From: Verrucomicrobiota bacterium
GTDB lineage: Bacteria > Verrucomicrobiota > Verrucomicrobiia > Limisphaerales > DASXHY01
NCBI GenBank assembly: GCA_051960355.1
Contig: JBQCEJ010000013.1
Span: 1 to 46,934, forward strand
Length of the DNA: 46,934 bases
Direction: 5' to 3'
Shown: piece after piece, positions 17,923-25,420 of the stretch
Numbering within the stretch: position 1 is the first letter of the stretch
How the letters are laid out: each line of letters starts with the position of its first letter
The notes under the pieces: generated by a model
Databases searched by the model: none
Seen by the model: only the letters and a program-made list of their open reading frames with translations
What the model was told of the DNA's origin: nothing
Made by a program: the position numbers and the translations under genes

Positions 17923-20217
17923 ATGAAGCTGACTTTGAAAAACTATCGCAATCTCCGACCGCTGCTTGTGCTGCTGGGCGTGGGCGGATCAAACCTCTCG
18001 GCGCAAACCACCGCCGCGGAGCGGTTGCAACAGGTTGACCCGTTCATCGGCACGGGCTTTCACGGTCACACCTTTCCCGGGGCCACGACGCCGTTTGGCA
18101 TGGTGCAACTCAGCCCGGACACGCGCACTTCCGGCTGGGACGCCTGCGGCGGCTACTATGATGCCGACACGGAAATCTGGGGGTTCAGTCACACTCATCT
18201 GAGCGGCACGGGAATTGGTGATTATGGCGACGTGCTCTTGATGCCGTTCACGGGCGACGTCCGCATTGGCTCGGGCACTCCTGACAATCCGGATTACGGC
18301 TACCGATCGGCTTTCAACAAAACAAATCAGTTCGCAACTCCTGGATACTATCGCGTGTTGCTGGATCGCTTTCAGATCAAAGCGGAACTTTCGGCCACGC
18401 CGCGAGCGGGAATTCATCGTTACACTTTTCCAAAGGCGGACAACGCGGGCGTGGTCATTGACCTGAAGCACAGCATTCAAAATCGCCAGACAATTGAGGC
18501 GGGAATCGAGGTCGTCAACGACCACGAAATCAGTGGCTGGCGACACGTTCGAGGCTGGGCGCCGGATCGTTGGATTTACTTTCACGCCGAGTTTTCCAAA
18601 CCGTTTAAAGCTGAATTGTTTGTGGAAGACGTCTTGCAGAAAGGGCAGCCCGCCGTCACCGGCAAAAATGTCAAGGCGCGGCTGAACTTTGCGACGGCCG
18701 ATGCCGAAGCCGTGCTGGTCAAGGTTGGCATCAGTCCGGTGGACTGTGCCGGAGCGAAGAAGAATTTGGCGTCGGAAATACCCGGTTGGAATTTCGATGG
18801 GGTGGTGACGCAAGCGGCCGCGGCTTGGGCGGAGCAACTGGCGCGAATCCAAGTCAAAGGCGGCACAGCTGATCAACGGAAAATTCTTGCCACCGCCCTG
18901 TATCACACGGCGATTTGCCCCAACCTGGCCAGCGATGTCGATGGGCGTTATCGCGGCATGGATCAGAAGATTCATCAGGACACCGGCTACACCAACTACA
19001 CGGTGTTCTCGCTGTGGGACACGTTTCGCGCCCAGCATCCGCTTTACACCGTCATCAATCCGGACCTGGATCAGGCGTGGATTCGCGCATTGCTCCGCAA
19101 GCATGAGCAGGGCGGCATATTGCCGATGTGGGAACTGGCCGCCAATTACACGGGTTGCATGATCGGCTATCACGCCGTTCCCGTGATCGTGGATGCTTAC
19201 GTCAAAGGACTGCGCGATTTCGACGTCAACCAAGCGATGGCGGCCGTTCTGTTTGCCTCGCAAAACGACGCCCAGAAACCCATCCCTTACAACTCGACCG
19301 CCGTTCGCACCGCTTTGATGCCAAAGGGGAAACTTTACAATGCCACCCAAGGTTTCATTCCTGCTGACCTCGAAGGCAAGTCGGTGTCCAAGGCTCTGGA
19401 ATTCGCTTACAACGACTGGACCATCGCCACCCTGGCCCAGAGCCTTGGACGCGAGGAAACGGCGACGGAGTATTTCAAGCGCGCCCGCTTTTATCGTCAG
19501 TATTTCGATTCCCAGACCGGCTTCATGCGGGGGAAAAAAGCGGATGGAAATTGGGTGGAGCCGTTCAACCCAACCGACTCAAGCCACAAAGGAGGCGAAT
19601 ATGTGGAAGGCAACGCCTGGCAGTGGACGTGGTTTGTGCCGCAGGTCGTGCCTGGGTTGATGGGGTTGTTCGGCGGACGGGAGCCATTTGCCGCGAGGCT
19701 GAATGAGTTGTTCACGACCAGTTCCGCTCTCACCGGTGAGCAAATCTCAGGCGACATCACCGGCTTGATTGGCCAATACGCGCACGGGAACGAGCCAAGC
19801 CATCACATTGCCTATCTTTTCAATTGGGCGGAGCAACCGTGGCGCACGGCGGAAATTGTCAGCCAGATCATGACGGAATTCTATCAAGCCGCGCCCGCCG
19901 GTCTGATCGGCAATGAAGACGCCGGCCAGATGTCCGCGTGGTTTGTGCTGAGTTCCCTGGGCATCTATCAAGTCTGTCCGGGCGACCCGAATTTCTCGCT
20001 TGGCTGCCCTCTTTTTGACGAAGGCCGCGTGGCGCTGCCCGGCGGGAAGACCTTTGTGGTCAGGCGTCAGGACGCTTCCGCGCACAATAAATATGTCCAG
20101 CAAGTCACCTTGGACGGACGGCCGCTGAAATCCCCATTTATCCGCTACGCCGACATCATGGCGGGGAGCGAGCTGGTGTTTAAAATGGGCGATCAGAAAA
20201 TCGTTTTCTGGAAATAG
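17923..20217 (+). CDS. Glycoside hydrolase family 92 (alpha-mannosidase-like)
   Basis: VDPFIGTGFHGHTFPGATTPFGMVQLSPDT and GFSHTHLSGTG are GH92 hallmarks, along with GNEPSHHIAYLF and NEDAGQMSAW. The start was chosen at 17923 (signal peptide); the longest ORF starts at 17809. Confidence 0.92.
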   Translation: MKLTLKNYRNLRPLLVLLGVGGSNLSAQTTAAERLQQVDPFIGTGFHGHTFPGATTPFGMVQLSPDTRTSGWDACGGYYDADTEIWGFSHTHLSGTGIGDYGDVLLMPFTGDVRIGSGTPDNPDYGYRSAFNKTNQFATPGYYRVLLDRFQIKAELSATPRAGIHRYTFPKADNAGVVIDLKHSIQNRQTIEAGIEVVNDHEISGWRHVRGWAPDRWIYFHAEFSKPFKAELFVEDVLQKGQPAVTGKNVKARLNFATADAEAVLVKVGISPVDCAGAKKNLASEIPGWNFDGVVTQAAAAWAEQLARIQVKGGTADQRKILATALYHTAICPNLASDVDGRYRGMDQKIHQDTGYTNYTVFSLWDTFRAQHPLYTVINPDLDQAWIRALLRKHEQGGILPMWELAANYTGCMIGYHAVPVIVDAYVKGLRDFDVNQAMAAVLFASQNDAQKPIPYNSTAVRTALMPKGKLYNATQGFIPADLEGKSVSKALEFAYNDWTIATLAQSLGREETATEYFKRARFYRQYFDSQTGFMRGKKADGNWVEPFNPTDSSHKGGEYVEGNAWQWTWFVPQVVPGLMGLFGGREPFAARLNELFTTSSALTGEQISGDITGLIGQYAHGNEPSHHIAYLFNWAEQPWRTAEIVSQIMTEFYQAAPAGLIGNEDAGQMSAWFVLSSLGIYQVCPGDPNFSLGCPLFDEGRVALPGGKTFVVRRQDASAHNKYVQQVTLDGRPLKSPFIRYADIMAGSELVFKMGDQKIVFWK

Positions 20218-20330
20218 AAACGCGGGCGGTGTGGAAAGGGTGCCGCACCTGGAAAACTGGCAAACGGGACGTTCGATAATTATTTGACTGGCGCGACTTT
20301 TGAGGCAGTTATTGAGCATTGAAACGAGCC

Positions 20331-20346
20331 TCCCCTCATTCGGGGA
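20331..20346 (+). promoter_or_regulatory. Palindromic site A (TCCCCtcattcGGGGA) within the 25-nt hairpin GCCTCCCCTCATTCGGGGAATAGGC (20328-20352)
   Basis: Exact palindrome 158 nt upstream of the PATR gene ATG. It is preceded by TTATTGA (20309-20315) at the same spacing as at site C. Confidence 0.4.
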
Positions 20347-20504
20347 ATAGGCACGGTTGCCGAGGCTGCTAGTGTCGTCACATGTTTCTACCCTATCCAA
20401 TCCAGCGCAAAGCTGGATGCGATCGGGAAGTGTGGGGCAACCGGCTGATGGCGCAGGGGGGCGACGTGCGAGTTCTGGCCAGCGGCTCAAATACAAAATC
20501 CAGC

Positions 20505-23500
20505 ATGAAAAGAATAACCCAAAACAAACCAATCCGCGTGTGTGACCTGAAATCTATCAACCAAAACGGAACCCGCCGCCCGGGCCCGTCGTGCAGGAAA
20601 CTGGCTTCGCTCGCCCTCGCCGCCGCCGCCCTCTTGACGGCCGCCAAATCCTCAGCGGCGCAATTGACCTGGGACGCTGGCAACACGAGCAACGCGGGCA
20701 CCGTTGATCCGGCCAGTGGCGCGTGGAATACGGACACCACCACCAACCTGAATTGGAACAACGGCAGTGGCAATGTGAGTTGGACTCAAACCAGCGTCAC
20801 TGCCGGGCTAAACGGCGCGACCTTCGCCGGGCCAGACGCCGCCGCGGGCACGTATCAAATTGCGCTGGATGGTTCCCAGATTGCATTCACCAGTCTTGCC
20901 ATCAATGCCAACGGCTATGAGTTTAGCGGCGCGCTGCTGTATCAGCCTGCTTCGAGTGCGATTTTATCGATCGCCGATGGGGTCAGCGTGACCTTCAATA
21001 ACAATATTTCCGGGCCCAACAATTCACTGTTCTGGCGGCTGGGTGCGGGTGGTTCACCGGCGTCCATGACTTTCCTGGGCAACTTCACGGGCGGCCAGTT
21101 TGCCTTTTGCAGCACCAACGGCAGCACCCTTTGGCTGGGCGGATCGGGAACTTCGTCGGGCGGGGTGAATACCATCAATGCGAACGTCATCCAGACCAAT
21201 GGCACTTGGAATAATACCGGCACCTGGCAGGTGGGCCGTCCAAATCAGCCGTCCGGCACTCCACAATCACTGGCAGGCAATGCCGCTTTCCCGGGCGTAT
21301 TCACATTGGATGGCGATAGCGCGGTGTTGAACCTGTCGCAGCAGATGCAAATTGCGCGCGGTGGCGGCATGGGAAAGGTGATCATCAAGAAGGGCGCAGT
21401 GAATCTGACGGCGGCGAGCGTGAACGCCACCATCCAAGTGCTGAACGATGGCAGTGCCGGGGGCCAAGGTTTCTTCTCCATGGAAGGCGGCACGATGAAC
21501 GTGGGAAGTTCGGGCGCTGCTGGCGTGATTGGTCTGGCCAAAGCGGGTGCGGGGACAAATTCCCAGGCGGTCTTTGCACAATCGGGCGGCATTATTAAAG
21601 CCTGGGGCGGCGTGAGCATCGGCGCGTCCAGCGGCACGTTTAATAGCGCCAGCCTCAGCGCCTTCACCAATTCCGGCGGCTTCCTCTATGTGGGCAATGT
21701 GGGTGGCGTCGGTATCACTCGCTACGCCTCCGCACCGGGCACGAACTATTTCGTCCTGTCCGGCGGCACGATTGGAGCCTTGCAAAGCTGGATCTCAACC
21801 ATGCCGATGACGCTCGACACGTTGAATGGTAACATCACGTTCCAATCTGCGGATGACGGTGGCTCACCGTTCAACATTTCGCTTTCCGGCGCGCTCACCG
21901 GCCCGGGCGGACTTTACAAGACGGGCGGCGGCACGCTGACCTTGAGCGGGGCCAACAATTATGCCGGCAGCACGGTGATCAGCAACGGCGTCCTAAAAAT
22001 TGTGCCGTCTGCCTCTCCCACCAACGGCCTGCTGACCTTGGACGGCTCGGCGGGTTCGCCCACCTTGACGGTCGCGCCGTCGGCGGCGGGCCAGTTTATG
22101 ACGGTCAATGGCAACCTGACCTACGCGGCGGGCACGGTGACGGCGAACTTTGACTTTGGCGCATTGCCGCCCAGCACCAGCGTGGCTCCGATTCAAGTCG
22201 CGAACAACGTCGCTTGCACGGTCACTCCGGACTTTGCCATTGAGGGCAGCGCCATCGCCGCGGGCACGTATCCGCTCATCAAGTACGGCGGCATCGTCAC
22301 AGGCAGCCTGCCCGCAACGCCGACGTTGCTGCCGACCTCAACGTTGGGTTATATCACCAACATCACCACCACGAAGACGATCGCCTTGGTGGTGACCAGT
22401 TCGCCGGTATCCGCCGCGCTCACCTGGCGGGTCGGCAGTGCTGATTGGGGTCTGATCGCCGCCGAGAACTGGAGCCTGTTTGGCAGCCCGGTTAGTTATA
22501 CCGAACCCAACGCGGTGCAATTGGATGACACCGCCAGCGGACCTTTCCCCATTACAGTGAGCGCCGTCACATCGGTCAGCCCCAGCGCAATCACAATTCT
22601 GAGCACAAACGACTGGACGATCGCCGCCAATGGCGGCTCGATTGACGGCTCGGGCAGTTTGACCAAGGCGGGAAGTGGCACGTTGACCCTTTCGGGCGCG
22701 AACACCTACGCGGGTGGCACCACGGTCAGCGGTGGTCAGTTGAATATCAACAACGGCGGCAACAGCTCTGCCGATTCAGCCATCGGCACCGGGCCGCTCA
22801 CGCTGGGTTTGGGCTCCGAGATTGACAATACCAGCGGTCAGGCGGTCACCTTGCAGCCCACCATTGCGCAGAATTGGCAGGACGACTGGACCTTTGTGGG
22901 CAGCACCAATCTGAATCTCGGCGCTGGTGCCGTTACGCTGGGCAGCAGCGTTGTGGTGCTGACAGTGTCCAGCGGCGAACTGGAGGTGGGTGGTTCCATC
23001 TCCGATGGCGGGAATGCTTACAAGCTAGAAAAGGCGGGCGCTGGCGCTCTGACGCTGGGTACTGACAGCTTTTTTACCGGCGGCATGCAGTTGGATTCCG
23101 GTCTGTTGCAGCTGAAAACGGCCAATGGTTTGGGAAGTGGTACCTTCACCATCACCGGTTCCGCCGCAATTGACAATCTAAGCGGAGCCGACATGACCCT
23201 GAGCGGAATTTCCGGGGTTGTCTTGCCGAGTAGTGCCACCATTACCTATCTGGGCACGTCGAATAACCTGGACTTCGGGATTGTGGCCGTTAACCAAGCC
23301 AGCCAGGGAACCAAGGTCTTGAACGTGGTCAGCAACCGCCTGACCTTTGGTGGTCCTTTTGTCTCTGGAAATTCCACCATGGTCAAAATCGGCCAAGGCA
23401 CGCTGGTTCTGGCTGGCAGCGCTTCGGGAAATCAAAGCCAGTTCGTCGGTGAGGTCAACGAAGGTGTGCTTGAACTTGCCCATGATTTTGGTTCAGCCAT

Positions 23501-24101
23501 TGGCACCGGCAACTCAGGCGATGGCATTCTGGTGCAATCGAATGCCGTGGCCAGACTGACTGGCACGCTGGCAAATCAAATCCCGAATGATGTGGAGACG
23601 AGGCTAAATGCCGGCGGCGTCTTTGATATGAACGGCAACAGCGAAACCATCGCCTTGCTGCGCATGACGAACGGCGTGTTGCGCAATGGTCTGGCCGGAA
23701 CCGCTTCCACGTTGACTACCGTCAATGGGAATGGGGTCATCCTTAGGAAGACAGATAACGTGTTTGACGTTCCGGATGCAGCCGCAAGCCTGACTATTGA
23801 CGGCAATGTCACGGGCCCGGGTTCATTGGTGAAATCCGGGGCGGGTGCTGTCACCGTGCAGGGAACCAATACCTACAGTGGCAATACCACCGTCAGCAAC
23901 GGAACCCTGACCCTCAACTTCCCCCTGCTTTCAACCAATTCCACCGTGCAGATCGACACGAACGGGGTGCTGAACCTGAACTTTGCCGGGGGAGAAACCA
24001 ACACCGTGGCCGCGCTCGTTCTGGGCGGGACGAACAAACTGGCGGGAATCTATAACGCGACGACCGATCCAACTTATCTCAACGGCTCAGAGCCTGTCTG
24101 A
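20505..24101 (+). pseudogene. Autotransporter-associated beta-strand repeat (PATR) giant secreted protein, 5' portion truncated by an IS insertion
   Basis: Signal peptide after the ATG at 20505. Many GGGTLTLSGANNYAGSTVISNGVL / GSGTLTLSGANTYAGGTTVSGGQL repeats. The reading frame runs into the IS left inverted repeat, which supplies the TGA at 24099-24101. Confidence 0.85.
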
Positions 24102-24986
24102 AAAAGGAGAAAGTGCTTGATTTTGTTGGTGGGTTGGTTGGTTTGTTATCGCGGTAGCGCCAGTGAGGCGATGAAAATCGCCAATTACGACACTGACCTG
24201 ACTGACGCCCAATGGACTTATCTCAAACCGATGCTTCCCAAGCCCGCCAAACGCGGACGCCCGACCAAAGATCGGAGGCGGATCGTTGATGCCATCCTCT
24301 ACCTCGTCAAATGCGGCTGTCCCTGGCGCTATCTGCCCGCCGACTTCCCCAACTGGAAAACCGTTTACCACGTCTTCCGCCAATGGGTCGCCAGCCATTA
24401 CTGGGCCGTCATTCACGACGCACTCCGCGTTCTGGTTCGCAGAACCCACGGCAGGTGCAGCCGTCCCACCGCCGCCGTTCTGGACAGCCAAAGCGTCAAG
24501 TCCTCCGGGCATGGCGGGCGCGTCGGCTACGACGCGGGCAAACGGATCAAAGGCCGCAAACGGCATCTGCTGGTGGACACTCTGGGATTGATTCTCGCGG
24601 TCACCGTCACTCCGGCCAGCACCACCGAACGGGACGGAGCACAATTGCTTTTGAAACCAGTCCTGGGCTGGCTCACCTGGTTGCGCATCCTGTGGGTGGA
24701 CGGCGGCTACAGCGGCGAAGCCTTCGCCCAATGGGTCAAGAATCTTCGCCCCAAATTGGCCGTTCAGGTAGTCAAACGTTCCGATGCCACCAAGGGGTTC
24801 AAGGTGTTGCCCCATCGCTGGGTGGTGGAGCGGACCTTTGGCTGGTTGATGCACCACCGCCGGTTGGTCCGCGATTACGAAACCACCGAATCCAGCGCCG
24901 AAGCCTGGATCTACATCGCGATGATCCGCATCCAACTCCGCCGCCTCGCTTGACCCCCAATCACTCATGATTTTTCAGACAGGCTC
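24090..24986 (+). mobile_element. Intact IS5-family insertion sequence (897 bp)
   Basis: Perfect 16-bp terminal inverted repeats GAGCCTGTCTGAAAAA (24090-24105) and TTTTTCAGACAGGCTC (24971-24986). A 3-bp TCA direct duplication flanks it (24087-24089 and 24987-24989). It carries a single DDE transposase ORF. Confidence 0.9.
24171..24953 (+). CDS. IS5-family DDE transposase (260 aa, uninterrupted)
   Basis: The ATG at 24171 follows GAGGCG. LTDAQW..L.P.LP, RGRP, CPWRYLP, AVLDSQSVK, LWVDGGYSG and VVERTFGWL are typical IS5/DDE_Tnp_1 motifs. Confidence 0.9.
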   Translation: MKIANYDTDLTDAQWTYLKPMLPKPAKRGRPTKDRRRIVDAILYLVKCGCPWRYLPADFPNWKTVYHVFRQWVASHYWAVIHDALRVLVRRTHGRCSRPTAAVLDSQSVKSSGHGGRVGYDAGKRIKGRKRHLLVDTLGLILAVTVTPASTTERDGAQLLLKPVLGWLTWLRILWVDGGYSGEAFAQWVKNLRPKLAVQVVKRSDATKGFKVLPHRWVVERTFGWLMHHRRLVRDYETTESSAEAWIYIAMIRIQLRRLA

Positions 24987-24989
24987 TCA

Positions 24990-25253
24990 GGCAGCTTGCG
25001 GGTTGTCCCGCTGGCGACAATCAATCCGCTGCCGGGCACAATTCAAGTCAGCGTCAGTGGCGGCACGCTCGCCTTGTCATGGCCCACCAACGCGGGCTGG
25101 ATACTACAAGCCCAGACCAATGCGCTAAGTGTGGGATTGGTTTCAAATAGCAATGCGTGGTTCAACGTTCCCGGTTCCGAACTGGTGACCAGCACGAATA
25201 TGCCGATCGTCCAAACAAATGGCGCGGTATTTTACCGGATGGTTCATCCGTGA
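24990..25253 (+). pseudogene. Displaced 3' end (about 87 codons) of the PATR gene, separated by the IS
   Basis: It is in the same frame (position mod 3) as 20505..24089. Deleting 24090-24989 joins ...LNGS to GSLRVVPLATINPL.... It encodes the same C-terminal module as the end of the next gene. Confidence 0.8.
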
Positions 25254-25420
25254 GCAGGTGACGGGGGTGGGTTGCGTCGGCGCGGTGTGGCCAAGGGTGG
25301 TCGCCCGCGCCGATTTAATCAACCAACAACGTGCCACACTGAGCGAATGCTGGAGAGCAAATGCCGACAATGAACGCAGTCGTGAACATCGCCCGGTCGC
25401 TTTGCCGGCTTGATGGAAGC

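Noticed and set aside
17989-19350. 453-aa minus-strand ORF
   Set aside because: It is antisense to the GH92 gene, whose translation carries unmistakable family motifs. Its sequence is Arg-rich and featureless.
20382-20504. In-frame upstream extension of the PATR gene (MFLPYPIQRKAGCDREVWGNRLMAQGG...)
   Set aside because: The signal peptide begins only after the ATG at 20505. The equivalent region of the homologous leader at 45.7 kb is closed by an in-frame stop. I treat the extension as non-coding leader.
24087-24970. ORFs 24087-24968 (minus strand, 293 aa) and 24311-24970 (plus strand, 219 aa) inside the IS element
   Set aside because: They overlap the transposase frame, which alone carries the DDE/IS5 motifs. 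They are alternative-frame artefacts. No programmed frameshift is needed because the transposase ORF is continuous.
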